A stretch of DNA of 40,154 nt from an uncultured Gemmatimonadales bacterium (GTDB lineage Bacteria > Gemmatimonadota > Gemmatimonadetes > Longimicrobiales > Gaopeijiaceae). Under the pieces are notes generated by a model. That model saw nothing but the letters and a program-made list of their open reading frames with translations. It was not told where the DNA came from and did not search any database. Positions 1 through 8,778 of the stretch are shown here, piece after piece. The stretch lies in NCBI GenBank assembly GCA_937982605.1, contig CALJLC010000342.1, forward strand, positions 1-40,154, written 5' to 3'. A program made the position numbers and the translations under genes. The first letter of the stretch is position 1. Each line of letters starts with the position of its first letter.

Positions 1-71
1 GACCCAACGCGCCGTTCTGCACGGACGGCGGACGGATCATCTCCGGCATCATCTCCGGGGACTACAACTAG
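1..71 (+). CDS. 3' end of an unidentified CDS (partial, enters from left edge)
   Basis: Frame 3 is open from the window edge to TAG 69-71 (...PNAPFCTDGGRIISGIISGDYN*). Third codon positions are almost all G/C, as in the confident genes. A perfect hairpin follows. Confidence 0.35.
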   Translation, partial: PNAPFCTDGGRIISGIISGDYN

Positions 72-81
72 ACCGAACGAT

Positions 82-111
82 CCGGGGGCCGGCCGACGTG
101 CCGGCCCCCGG
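82..111. terminator. Perfect GC-rich hairpin between convergent genes (candidate bidirectional terminator)
   Basis: CCGGGGGCCGGC (82-93) pairs with GCCGGCCCCCGG (100-111): a 12-bp perfect stem with a 6-nt loop. There is no U-tract, so intrinsic-terminator function is only inferred. Confidence 0.4.
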
Positions 112-170
112 GCATCGGGCGACCGGTCGACGGTCCCCGGGCAGTCGCGCTGCGCGACCCCGCGGCTTCT

Positions 171-698
171 TCAGCCGCCCCGGCGCTGTCTGGACGACCA
201 GTGGATCGCCACGATGCGCCAGTCGTCGCCCGTCCGTCGGAGCACCATCAGCTCCGCCCCCTGCGAGTTCACCTCGCGCTCACCCATGCGGCCCTGCGCC
301 ACGTTGGTGGACCAGGCCCACGCGATGTCGCCGACGATCCGGACGGAGATCTCGCCCCGCTCCCGGGGGACCGCCGCGGCGAAGCGCATGTCGCCGGCCA
401 GGTGCCCGCTGCGGTAGTGGGCCTTGTCCTCCACTCCGCCGCTCTCGAGGATCACGACGTCGTCCGCAAGCAAGGCCAGCGCGGAGGCCGAATCACCCGT
501 GGCGAGCGCGGTGTGGTAGGCGTCGACGACGGCAACGACGGCGGCATCGGACTGCGCGGAGGCCGGGGCTACCGCGAACGCTCCGAGAACGGCAGACAGC
601 GCGAGGGGCGTGAGCGGAATCGACGCAACCGGCCGGGGCCACGACTTCGCCCGGGCGCGGCCGCGAGGCCGACGTTCTGATGGGGCGTGCGATTTCAT
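171..698 (-). CDS. Exported SnoaL-like / DUF4440 (NTF2-fold) protein
   Basis: 175-aa ORF with a signal-like N-terminus ending ...VAPASAQ. The body (AVVAVVDAYHTALATGD ... WRIVAIHWS) fits the NTF2/SnoaL-like pattern. Lies directly downstream of the PepSY gene on the same strand. Confidence 0.6.
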   Translation of the reverse strand: MKSHAPSERRPRGRARAKSWPRPVASIPLTPLALSAVLGAFAVAPASAQSDAAVVAVVDAYHTALATGDSASALALLADDVVILESGGVEDKAHYRSGHLAGDMRFAAAVPRERGEISVRIVGDIAWAWSTNVAQGRMGEREVNSQGAELMVLRRTGDDWRIVAIHWSSRQRRGG

Positions 699-732
699 GC
701 GTTCTCCTGGGAAGGGAAGAAATGGGTAGGAA

Positions 733-2190
733 TCACGGCGAGTCCACCGCTCGGCTGGACCCGCGCAGAGCCAAGCGCCAGCCCGTGATCACCATGGCCA
801 GGATGGTGAGCTGGAGCAGAGTCAGGAGCGCGGTGTCTGCCCAGGGGTTCCCGGTGAAACCGAAGGTGTGATACGCCAGGAACGGGCCGAAGGCACGCCA
901 GATGGCCGGGCGGCGCTGCACCACCTCGCCGGTCGTCTGTGAGATGTGCACATCGGTCTCGTCGGGGTCGGTGAACCGGAATCGGTAGGTGGGGACTCGA
1001 GCGTTCCAGTCCATCCAGTACTCGGTCGACTCGACACCGTCGTCGGCGGCAACACCTTGCACGACCGCTGCCCCCGCGATGGCCGCCTGCTCCCGGGACA
1101 ACCGATCGATGACCGCACCGGACGCCGCCTCCACGACGATCCCGTCACGGTGCAGCTCGGGATAGGCGATCCAGAAGCGCTGGTCCGCGATGGCTCGCCA
1201 CTCGTACATCGGCCAGGGTCCGCCGTCCTGCGCTGATGCGGCGAGCTCGCGGACCCGTGACGGCGAGGGCAGAGGCTCGTCCGTCACGATGCCCCCGGTC
1301 CACGAAGTCTCGAACGACCCCTGTCCCCTGAAGCGCGGCTCGATCAGGCCGAGGTTGAACCACAGATAGGCACCGACCAGCATCTGGGTGGCCAGAAGAA
1401 AGCCCGCGATCGGCGCAACCCGTCCGTGCACTCGCCGCTCCACGCGGACGGCCGCGGTCCAACGGCGTCGTGCGTGGCGCCGGGTCCACCAGAGTGTGTA
1501 GCCGAGAGCCACCAGGGCCAGCGCCGTCCCGACCAGCGCGTAGAGGATCGCGGTGAAGACCCTGAGCGCGTCACCCCACTGCCAGACATGGACGCTCAGA
1601 TAGGCTCGGTGAAACCACTCGGCGAGGGGGTCGGTGCGTCGCAGGATCCGACCCGAGGCACGAGAGAACACGAGGTCGGAGGGCTGCGCACCCGCCATGG
1701 TCGCCGCCACCGCCGGCACCCGATCGAGCGTGTAATACCGGTTGAACTCGTCCCCGTCGTGCACGTCGGACACGCGTGTGCCCTCGAGCTGCTCGTTCGC
1801 GATCGCCAGGAGCCGCTCGTCGGAGAGCGGATCCAGGCGTGAGCCGGTGCGGGCATCGTACACGCGCTCGAGCTCGAACGGACCCGGCTTCACGACGTAC
1901 GCGGGCTCGCCGCCCAGGTGCTCGAGACGCAGCCAGTAGATCCGATCGAGTCCGTCGGCGCGGACCCGGTGCAATGCCTCGGTCGGCGTGATCAGCACCG
2001 TGTCCTCGAGGGGGACCGCCGTCGAACGGCTGTGCTGGAGCTCATACACGCCCTGCAGCCCGTTCGGCAGGGTCAGCGCGACCCCGTGAAGCACGAAGGA
2101 CGACAGGATCCAGCCCACGATCGGGACCGTCGCGATCATGCCGAGGGTCCGGTGCGCGCGCGACAGTCGGAGGCGGCGGGTCGTCGACAT
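733..2190 (-). CDS. PepSY-associated TM-helix membrane protein (PiuB/FoxB-like)
   Basis: ORF-track 733..2259 trimmed to ATG 2190 (MSTTRRLRLSRAHRTLGMIATVPIVGW...). N- and C-terminal PepSY_TM-type helices (...FLAYHTFGFTGNPWADTALLTLLQLTILAMVITGW) flank a large extracytoplasmic region. Confidence 0.7.
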   Translation of the reverse strand: MSTTRRLRLSRAHRTLGMIATVPIVGWILSSFVLHGVALTLPNGLQGVYELQHSRSTAVPLEDTVLITPTEALHRVRADGLDRIYWLRLEHLGGEPAYVVKPGPFELERVYDARTGSRLDPLSDERLLAIANEQLEGTRVSDVHDGDEFNRYYTLDRVPAVAATMAGAQPSDLVFSRASGRILRRTDPLAEWFHRAYLSVHVWQWGDALRVFTAILYALVGTALALVALGYTLWWTRRHARRRWTAAVRVERRVHGRVAPIAGFLLATQMLVGAYLWFNLGLIEPRFRGQGSFETSWTGGIVTDEPLPSPSRVRELAASAQDGGPWPMYEWRAIADQRFWIAYPELHRDGIVVEAASGAVIDRLSREQAAIAGAAVVQGVAADDGVESTEYWMDWNARVPTYRFRFTDPDETDVHISQTTGEVVQRRPAIWRAFGPFLAYHTFGFTGNPWADTALLTLLQLTILAMVITGWRLALRGSSRAVDSP

Positions 2191-2304
2191 CAGCGGGGTG
2201 TGCCCTCGGGACGGAGGAGGTCCGTTCGGACGGATCGAGAGGAAGAACGGACCGAGCAAGCGAGGAAGAGGGTAGCCAACGCCGACCGAATCAAGGTCCG
2301 GCGA

Positions 2305-2342
2305 ATGAAGATGTCTTCACGGAGTGTTCATTCGCGGTTCAT
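2305..2342 (+). promoter_or_regulatory. TTCAY composite operator, copy A (upstream of copA)
   Basis: ATGAAG atgt CTTCAC ggagtg TTCAT tcgcgg TTCAT. Direct repeats start at 2316, 2327 and 2338 (11-bp phasing). Ends 40 nt before the copA ATG. Confidence 0.7.
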
Positions 2343-2382
2343 CCGTCGGCTGAATCTTCCACCGAGCCCTACCCTTCTGCCC

Positions 2383-4062
2383 ATGGCCATGGAAACCACC
2401 CGAGAATATGACCGCCGCGATTTCCTGAGGATCGCGTCGACCGTCTCGGTCGGTGCCAGCCTCGGCGTGCGCCCGCGCTCGCTGTTTGCCTCCGTAGAGC
2501 CCTCGGACGCGGAAGCTCTCGACGTCGCCGAGGTCTTCCTGACGATCGATCGACGCGGCTTTCGCGTCGACGAGCGCTCGGCGAACGCTCCGATGATCGG
2601 CGGTTCGATCCCAGGCCCGGTCCTCCGCCTGCGCGAGGGCCAGGACGCGATCATCCACGTCACGAACAACCTCGACGAGGTGAGCTCGATCCACTGGCAC
2701 GGGCTCCTGCTCCCGTTCGATCAGGACGGGGTGCCGGGCTTCAGCTTCGACGGCATCCAGCCCGGCGAGACCTTCACCTACCGCTTCCCCGTCCGACAGG
2801 CCGGCTCGTACTGGTACCACAGCCACTCAGGCACGCAGGAGCAGGAGGGGATGTACGCGCCGATCGTCATCGAGCCGGCGGGAGAGGACCCCGTAGCGTA
2901 CGACCGGGACTACTCGATCGTTCTGTCGGACTGGACGGACGAGAATCCGATGACGGTGCTGCGCAACCTCAAGGGCAACGGCGCCTACTACAACTATTGG
3001 AAACGCACGCTCCCGGAGTTCGTCGGCGGACTCTTCGGGGACGCGGGCCAAACGATCCGCGACCGCACGATGTGGGGCCAGATGCGGATGGACCCGACCG
3101 ACATCGCGGACGTCACCGGCGCAACCTACAGCTATCTCTTGAACGGGAAGTCCGCGGAATCCAACTGGACGGGCCTCTTCCACCCAGGGGAGCGAGTCCG
3201 GCTGCGTTTCGTCAACGCCGCGGCGATGTCCTTCTTCGACGTGAAGATCCCCGGGCTAATGATGACCGTGGTCCAGGCCGACGGTCAGGACGTCGAGCCG
3301 GTGCGCGTCGACGAGCTCAGGATCGGCGTCGCCGAGACGTATGACGTCGTCGTGGAGCCAGAGGCGGGCAACGCCTACACGATCTTCGCCCAATCGATGG
3401 ATCGCTCCGGATTCGCGCGCGGCACGCTCGCCGAGCGGGAGGGGGTGGAAGGCGAGATCCCGCCGATGGATCCACGCCCGGTGCGCAGTATGTCGGACAT
3501 GCCGGGGATGGAGGACCACTCCGGTCACGACATGGCCGGAATGGAGATGGGCGCCGCGTCCGCTGCCGAGATGTCCGAGATGGACCACGCGGCCATGGGT
3601 CACGGGACCCAAACCGCGGGCCTCCGCCGACTCCGCTACGAGGACCTACAGGCGCTGGAGCCCAACCGTGACACGCGGGAGCCGACGCGGGACGTCGTGA
3701 TCCGCCTGACCGGCGACATGGAGCGGTACTTCTGGACGCTCAACGACAAGAAGCTCTCGGACTCCGAGCCGATCCGTCTCACGGTGGGTGAGCGCGTCCG
3801 TCTACTCATGACGAACGAGACGATGATGGAGCACCCCATGCACCTCCACGGGGTCTTCATGGAGCTCCAGAACGGTGCCCACCCGGCGTTCGCGCCGCGC
3901 AAGCACACCATCATCGTGCCTCCGAACCAGACCGTGGAGGCGCACCTCACGTACGAGGATCCCGGCCCGTGGGCGTTCCACTGTCACCTGCTCTTCCACA
4001 TGATGACCGGGATGTTCGCGCGCGTCGAGGTAGCGCCCGCTCCGACGGCGGAGCACCAGTGA
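2383..4062 (+). CDS. copA: Periplasmic multicopper oxidase CopA/PcoA
   Basis: Tat signal (REYDRRDFLRIAS). Four multicopper-oxidase Cu-site motifs (IHWHGL, YWYHSHSG, HPMHLHG, HCHLLFHMMTGM). Met/His-rich insert at about 3487-3606. Start moved from ORF-track 1918 to in-frame ATG 2383. Confidence 0.9.
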   Translation: MAMETTREYDRRDFLRIASTVSVGASLGVRPRSLFASVEPSDAEALDVAEVFLTIDRRGFRVDERSANAPMIGGSIPGPVLRLREGQDAIIHVTNNLDEVSSIHWHGLLLPFDQDGVPGFSFDGIQPGETFTYRFPVRQAGSYWYHSHSGTQEQEGMYAPIVIEPAGEDPVAYDRDYSIVLSDWTDENPMTVLRNLKGNGAYYNYWKRTLPEFVGGLFGDAGQTIRDRTMWGQMRMDPTDIADVTGATYSYLLNGKSAESNWTGLFHPGERVRLRFVNAAAMSFFDVKIPGLMMTVVQADGQDVEPVRVDELRIGVAETYDVVVEPEAGNAYTIFAQSMDRSGFARGTLAEREGVEGEIPPMDPRPVRSMSDMPGMEDHSGHDMAGMEMGAASAAEMSEMDHAAMGHGTQTAGLRRLRYEDLQALEPNRDTREPTRDVVIRLTGDMERYFWTLNDKKLSDSEPIRLTVGERVRLLMTNETMMEHPMHLHGVFMELQNGAHPAFAPRKHTIIVPPNQTVEAHLTYEDPGPWAFHCHLLFHMMTGMFARVEVAPAPTAEHQ

Positions 4063-4760
4063 GCCGCGGCCTCGCTGTCGCGGCCGTCCTCGCGGCCGGC
4101 GCACTGACGGTCGGTCCGGCGCTCCTGCTCGCGCAGGAGATGGACAACCACGTCTTCCACTGGACGCAGTTCGAGCTCGACGCCGCGCGATTCGACGAGT
4201 CGTCGTTCGGCCGTTGGGACGGCGCGGGCTGGATCGGTACCGACTTCGACCGCCTGTGGTGGAGCACCCAGGGTGAGGCGACGGATGCTGCCGTGGGCAG
4301 CGCAGAGGCGATGGCGCTCTACGGCCACTATTTTCGACGGTTCTGGGACGTCGTCGTCGGCTATCGTCAGGACATCGAGCCGATCCCTCAAGGCTACCTA
4401 GCCTTCGGCGTCGCTGGTCTCGCACCCTACTGGTTCGAGGTCGGCGCCTACGGCTTCGTGAGCCAGGAGGGAAAGCCGTCCCTCAGGCTCGAGGCCGAAA
4501 CCGATCTGCTCCTCACCCAGCGGCTCATTCTGAGCCTAGGCGGAGAGGCCGACTGGCTCCTCACCGACGACACCCGGCTCGGCCTCGACGCGGGCGTCTC
4601 GGACCTCGAGCTGGGCTTCAGGACGCGCTTCGAGGTCCGGCGCAAGTTCGCCCCCTACCTCGACCTGCTCTGGGTCCGCGAGAAAGAGGCCGTGCCCGGC
4701 GCCGGCCCCGTGGTCGAGTCCGGGCTCCAGATCGGGGCCGGACTCCGCCTCATCTACTGA
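4059..4760 (+). CDS. copB: Copper resistance outer-membrane protein CopB/PcoB
   Basis: GTG 4059 overlaps the copA stop (GTGA). Signal peptide (VSRGLAVAAVLAAGALTVGPALLLAQE) and a CopB-family pattern (...DRLWWSTQGEA..., barrel-like C-terminus GLQIGAGLRLIY). Confidence 0.85.
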   Translation: MSRGLAVAAVLAAGALTVGPALLLAQEMDNHVFHWTQFELDAARFDESSFGRWDGAGWIGTDFDRLWWSTQGEATDAAVGSAEAMALYGHYFRRFWDVVVGYRQDIEPIPQGYLAFGVAGLAPYWFEVGAYGFVSQEGKPSLRLEAETDLLLTQRLILSLGGEADWLLTDDTRLGLDAGVSDLELGFRTRFEVRRKFAPYLDLLWVREKEAVPGAGPVVESGLQIGAGLRLIY

Positions 4761-4822
4761 CCCCGCCGCAGCGCATGGCTCGGCACGTCCACCTCCCTGG
4801 TAACCGAACGGAGATCGAACAC

Positions 4823-5203
4823 ATGAAGACCCTTCGTGTCACGGCGCTCGGCGCCGCACTGCTCCTGACCCTGACCGCCGCGGCTCCAACGGCCGTGGTC
4901 CCACACTTCGGGCTGAGCAAGTCCTCGCCAGAGGCCGGCGCGACCGTCGAGTCGCCCGCCGAGGTCCGCCTCTGGTTCACGCAGGAGCCGCAGGAGGGCA
5001 CCGTGCAGATCCGGATCCTGGAGGCCGAGGAGGCGGGCGTGCACGTCATGGACGCGGCTCAGGACACCGAGGATCCCACCGTGTTCTCGATCATGCTCCA
5101 CGGCACGCTGCCCGCGGCGACGTACACCGTCTCGTGGCGCGGGATGGGAGAAGACGGCCATGTGGTGCGGGACACCTTCCAGTTCACGGTTGCGGCGCCG
5201 TAG
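4823..5203 (+). CDS. copC: Periplasmic copper-binding protein CopC
   Basis: Start at ATG 4823 (MKTLRVTALGAALLL..., signal peptide). The predicted mature N-terminus HFGLSKSSPEAGATV is typical of CopC. Lies between copB and copD. Confidence 0.85.
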   Translation: MKTLRVTALGAALLLTLTAAAPTAVVPHFGLSKSSPEAGATVESPAEVRLWFTQEPQEGTVQIRILEAEEAGVHVMDAAQDTEDPTVFSIMLHGTLPAATYTVSWRGMGEDGHVVRDTFQFTVAAP

Positions 5204-5248
5204 CGCGCTGACCGGACGGGAGCACCACAGAGGCCTCCGGGCGAGCAC

Positions 5249-6133
5249 ATGAGCGCCTTTCTCGACGCCGTGACCGGCTGGACGCTGTTCGGTGGGCTCG
5301 TCGCCACCACAGGCGCTGTGACAACGCGCTGGCTCGTCCTTCCCAGGTCTCACCCCGGAGCCGTTCCGCCTGCGCAGACGGACGATGTCGCTCGGATCGG
5401 AGCCGTCGGCGCGCTCGCGCTCGTCGTCGGTCTGGGACTCTTTTTCCTGCGCCAACTCGTCGAGTTCCGTGACCCCTTCTCGCCCTGGAGCGACGAAGCG
5501 TCACTTCTGCTGGGGACCGCCTGGGGGCGGACATGGGTCTGGGCGTCGGTCGGTGCGCTCGTCCTCCTCTGCATGTTCGCTATCGCGCGCCGGCACCCGG
5601 CAGGATGGTGGGGCGCGCTCCTTCTCGTGGCCGCGGTCGATGCGTTCCCCGCCCTGACCGGTCACGCCGCGGCTGCTGAGCGCTGGTCGGTGCTCTTCGT
5701 TGCGGCAGACACACTGCACGTGTTGGCCGCCGGTGCATGGATCGGCGGGCTGGCAACCGTACTCTGGTTGGAACGGTCGCACCGCCGTTCTCAGGCCGGC
5801 ATGAGCCTCCTTCCGCAGCTCGTACCTGCGTTCTCTCCGGTCGCGGTGGCCGCGGTGGCGACTCTGGTCGCGACCGGAGCGCTGGCGAGCTGGGAGTTGC
5901 TCCCCTCCCCCGGCGCTTTCCTGACGTCGACGTGGGGGCGGCTGCTGCTCTTGAAACTCGTCGTCCTCGCTGGCGTGCTCGCACTAGGCGCCCGCAACTT
6001 CCGGGTGCTCACGCCGCGGCTGGGATCCAGCGAGGGCAACACCGCGATGCGCAGATCCGCTGCCCTCGAGCTCGCCGTCGCTCAAGTCGTGCTGATCGTG
6101 ACGGCACTCCTGGTGCGGACCTCGCCGATGTAG
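5249..6133 (+). CDS. copD: Copper resistance inner-membrane protein CopD
   Basis: Polytopic membrane protein with CopD-like segments (PALTGHAAAAE, TLHVLAAGAWIGGL). Completes the copABCD gene order. Confidence 0.85.
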   Translation: MSAFLDAVTGWTLFGGLVATTGAVTTRWLVLPRSHPGAVPPAQTDDVARIGAVGALALVVGLGLFFLRQLVEFRDPFSPWSDEASLLLGTAWGRTWVWASVGALVLLCMFAIARRHPAGWWGALLLVAAVDAFPALTGHAAAAERWSVLFVAADTLHVLAAGAWIGGLATVLWLERSHRRSQAGMSLLPQLVPAFSPVAVAAVATLVATGALASWELLPSPGAFLTSTWGRLLLLKLVVLAGVLALGARNFRVLTPRLGSSEGNTAMRRSAALELAVAQVVLIVTALLVRTSPM

Positions 6134-6170
6134 CCACACAATCCAGAAGTCTCCCCCTTGTCGGAGTCCG

Positions 6171-6641
6171 ATGATGAAGATCTCCCCACGAACGTTCTCC
6201 CTCGTGCTCACGATCGCGGCGCTGGGAGGCATCCTGGTCGGGGCAACCTGGCCGAGCGACTCTCCGTTCCACGAGCGCAAGGAGGTCGCCGGCCTGGCCG
6301 TGGTCTTCGGCGCCGAGCCGGAACCGGCGCTGACCGATGAGATCCAGATGCTGGTATGGCGCGTCAGCACCCTCTCGGATCGAGTCGCCTACGACCAGAT
6401 GACCGACGCCGAAGTCACGGTCTCCTTCGGCGGTGAAACGTTCGGACCCTTCGAGGTCCGGCCGGTCCGGGGCACACCCGGACAGTATCAGACCCGACAT
6501 ATCTTCACCGAGGTGGGCGAGTACGGCTCCGTGCTCAGCTTCCGCAAGGGAGAGGAGTCCGAGACCCACTCCGTCGACTTCGCCTTCCGGATCGGCGACC
6601 GTGCCGACATGGAGATCCCTCGGCGCAGGGGTGGTCGATGA
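6171..6641 (+). CDS. Hypothetical exported protein co-transcribed with copABCD
   Basis: 156-aa ORF with an N-terminal TM/signal segment (FSLVLTIAALGGILVGA) and normal amino-acid composition. Its stop overlaps the next start (ATGA at 6638). Family not recognised. Confidence 0.5.
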   Translation: MMKISPRTFSLVLTIAALGGILVGATWPSDSPFHERKEVAGLAVVFGAEPEPALTDEIQMLVWRVSTLSDRVAYDQMTDAEVTVSFGGETFGPFEVRPVRGTPGQYQTRHIFTEVGEYGSVLSFRKGEESETHSVDFAFRIGDRADMEIPRRRGGR

Positions 6642-7498
6642 GGCGGCCAGCTCCGACGAGGCGTGGGCTTCTGGCCCGCGCCTCGCTCCTCTCCATGGCC
6701 CTCGCGCTCGTGGTCGCCGCACCGCTCGCGTCGCACGACTTCTGGCTGATCCCCGACGCGTTCCGCATCGCCTCCGGAGATCGGCTGGAGGTCAGCGGTC
6801 AAACGAGCAGCTCCTTTCCGACCACGCTCAGCGCGGTGACGGTCGACCGCGTCGCCGAGGCACGGCTGGTGACCGCGACCGGATCGGAGCCTACCGAGGA
6901 CCTCTCCACAAGGGGGAACTCCTTGCGACTCGCGCATCGGCCCTCGACGCCGGGCCAGGCACTCGTGGCCGTGAGGATTCACCCCCGATCGATTCCCGAG
7001 TCGCCGGAGAGCTTCCGGAACTACCTCACGCTCGAAGGTGCCCCCGAGGCGCTGGAGCGGTACGAGCGGGAGGGACTCATGCCTACGGACAGCATCGTGC
7101 GTCGGTACGCGAAGTACGCCAAGACGCTGGTGCATGTCGGCTCCGGGGGTAGCACCGCCTACGACCGGCACCTGGGCCATCCGCTCGAGTTCGTCCCCCT
7201 GGACGACCCCGAGGCGGTGGGCGCCGGAGGCATCCTTCGCTTCAGGCTGCTCCTGCTCGGGGAGCCCATCGCGGGAGCACGAGGCCACGCCAGCGCGGCC
7301 GCTCACCGCGACGCGGAGCACGAGTCGGGGCACGCGACGTGGGAGACCGACCGCAGTGGGGAGATCAGCGTCGAGGTGACGACGCCCGGCATCTGGAATG
7401 TCCGGGCGCTCTACATCCTGCCGGCGCCCGCTGGGTCGGGAGCGGACTGGGACGTCCATTGGGCCACGTTCGTGTGGGAGGTCGCCGGCGACGGCTAG
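6638..7498 (+). CDS. DUF4198-family periplasmic (metal-binding, NikM/CbiK-like) protein
   Basis: Signal peptide followed by HDFWLIPD..., the hallmark N-terminus of DUF4198 domains. ATGA overlap with the previous gene. Confidence 0.7.
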   Translation: MRRPAPTRRGLLARASLLSMALALVVAAPLASHDFWLIPDAFRIASGDRLEVSGQTSSSFPTTLSAVTVDRVAEARLVTATGSEPTEDLSTRGNSLRLAHRPSTPGQALVAVRIHPRSIPESPESFRNYLTLEGAPEALERYEREGLMPTDSIVRRYAKYAKTLVHVGSGGSTAYDRHLGHPLEFVPLDDPEAVGAGGILRFRLLLLGEPIAGARGHASAAAHRDAEHESGHATWETDRSGEISVEVTTPGIWNVRALYILPAPAGSGADWDVHWATFVWEVAGDG

Positions 7499-7518
7499 CG
7501 CGCTCGAAGGTTGAAAGA

Positions 7519-7556
7519 ATGAAGCGTGCTTCATCCTCGCTTCATGATCGTTTCAT
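7519..7556 (+). promoter_or_regulatory. TTCAY composite operator, copy B (upstream of porin/cytochrome c operon)
   Basis: ATGAAG cgtg CTTCAT cctcgc TTCAT gatcgt TTCAT. Repeats start at 7530, 7541 and 7552. Ends 90 nt before ATG 7647. Confidence 0.7.
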
Positions 7557-7646
7557 CGGGCTCCCCGGATCTTCTGTCGTCACGGGACGAACGCCACTGC
7601 CCAGCGCTCGCCTCCGTAAGCGACCCCCTAATCTGGATCGCATCCG

Positions 7647-8768
7647 ATGAGAATCTTCCGGGCAGTGGCCACCGCGGGACTCGTCGTCCTGACGCTGATG
7701 CCTGCCTCAGTCCAGGCTCAGAACCGAAGCATATTCGTCGTCGGTGGATACGGGACGACGACGTTCGAGGCCAACGCCAGCAACGTCTACCGAAACGACT
7801 TCGGCGCCTCGGTGTCCCCCGTCATCCTCTACACCATGGGTCGGGACGTGGTGTTCGAGACCGAGCTCGAATTCGGGATGAACGGAGCCAACACGACGAC
7901 GACGCTCGAGTACGCCCAGATCGATTACCTGGGCTTCGAGCGGGTCCAGCTGATCGCGGGGAAGTTCCTCGTGCCATTCGGTGTGTTCGGTGAACGGATC
8001 CACCCGTCGTGGATCAACAAGCTCCCGACCGGACCGGTGGTCTACGGCCACGCGCATGCTGGCGTGGCGGAGACCGGCCTCCTCCCCGTCCTGTCCGACG
8101 CGGGCGTCATGATGAGGTGGGCGCAGCCCTTCAGTGGGAAGCTGCGGCTCGACTTCTCCGCATACGTGACCCAGGGGCCTCAACTGGGCGGCGAAGACGA
8201 CCACGACGAGGAGGAGGGGGCGGGTTTGGAGGACCCGATGCCCTTCTCGGCCCTCGAGGATGGGCCGGCCCCGGCCGTCGCGTTCGGCACGGGATTCGGG
8301 GACAACAACAACACGAAGATGGTCGGCGCCAGACTCGGGCTCCTCTCCGGTGGCTCCGCCGGCATCTACGTGTCCGGCTTCACCGGAAAGTACGACGAGG
8401 AGGACGACCTCTCCTTCACCGCGGGCGGGCTGTCCGTCGAGTGGCGAGTCGCCGGCCTCGAGCTCCGTGGGGAGGGCGTTCTGACCCGCCAGAAGTTCAT
8501 GGACGAGGTCGAGGCGACGACGGAGACGCTCAACCGCAGCGGCTTCTACCTCCAGGGCTCGAAGCGGCTCGATCGATTCGAGCCCGTGGTCCGCTGGGGC
8601 ATGCTCGCCGACGGCACCGTCGACGGGACGACCACGATCGAGGGGCACAACGAGGTCGCGCTGGGACTCAACTTCTGGATGCGCCCGACGATCCCGCTGA
8701 AAATCGCGTACGAATTCCACGAAGGCCTGGACGACCGGATGTACGTCCAGTGGGCCTACGGCTTCTGA
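7647..8768 (+). CDS. Outer-membrane porin-like beta-barrel protein
   Basis: Signal peptide (...LMPASVQAQ), alternating beta-strand pattern and an aromatic C-terminus (YVQWAYGF). Contains an acidic/His loop GGEDDHDEEEGAGLED at about 8181-8260. Confidence 0.65.
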   Translation: MRIFRAVATAGLVVLTLMPASVQAQNRSIFVVGGYGTTTFEANASNVYRNDFGASVSPVILYTMGRDVVFETELEFGMNGANTTTTLEYAQIDYLGFERVQLIAGKFLVPFGVFGERIHPSWINKLPTGPVVYGHAHAGVAETGLLPVLSDAGVMMRWAQPFSGKLRLDFSAYVTQGPQLGGEDDHDEEEGAGLEDPMPFSALEDGPAPAVAFGTGFGDNNNTKMVGARLGLLSGGSAGIYVSGFTGKYDEEDDLSFTAGGLSVEWRVAGLELRGEGVLTRQKFMDEVEATTETLNRSGFYLQGSKRLDRFEPVVRWGMLADGTVDGTTTIEGHNEVALGLNFWMRPTIPLKIAYEFHEGLDDRMYVQWAYGF

Positions 8769-8778
8769 GGTGTCGACC

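Noticed and set aside
98-613. Many long ORFs on the opposite strand or out of frame with the called genes. Examples: 98..613+, 2317..2826-, 3802..4425-, 6009..6722-, 8009..8782+, 9200..9958+, 16181..17524-, 17083..18471-, 17661..18569+ part, 19378..20427-, 20076..21029+, 21282..23033-, 21533..22837+, 24078..25217-, 26011..27537+, 28596..29402-, 31590..32324-, 33790..34983-, 36107..37135+, 37165..38703+.
   Set aside because: They have extremely Arg/Pro/Gly/Ala-rich, low-complexity translations typical of stop-codon-poor alternative frames in high-GC DNA. Each overlaps a gene with clear family motifs on the other frame or strand.
2305-2342. The operator copies translate to a seemingly conserved peptide. 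Examples: MKMSSRSVHSRF, MKRASSSLHDRF, MSVASSLVHPDF, MIASSPRVHDGF, MSRSSSAFHDPF, MKARSRRLHAGF, MKRRSWEIHRSF. This suggested a conserved leader peptide or N-terminal extension, and it appears as such in several ORF-track entries.
   Set aside because: The Ser/His/Phe 'conservation' is the same TTCAY pentamer read in three different frames, because of the 11-bp phasing (TCA, CAY, TTC). A selected peptide would not do that. Copy C- hits a stop after 6 codons, H+ starts with CTG, the downstream reading frames and lengths are unrelated, and no SD precedes them. The leading ATG is simply the complement of the CTTCAT half-site.
2357-2361. A possible additional weak element TTCnG/TTCCA located 18-21 nt after the third repeat in some copies: A TTCCA 2357, B TTCTG 7572, C+ TTCGG 15097, E+ TTCTG 28009, F- TTCAG.
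   Set aside because: The offset is variable, the element is absent from G+, H+, G- and E-, and the sequence is too short to separate from chance in this composition. It needs a statistical motif search.
1918-2382. ORF-track 5' extensions of real genes: copA from 1918, permease from 14377, barrel gene from 11345, hypothetical from 25765, channel from 31283, CrtI-like from 37282, GGR-like from 38700, heme-bd from 33545.
   Set aside because: The extensions are Arg-rich and overlap upstream genes or operators. Internal starts show ATGA/GTGA coupling, SD sequences or signal peptides.
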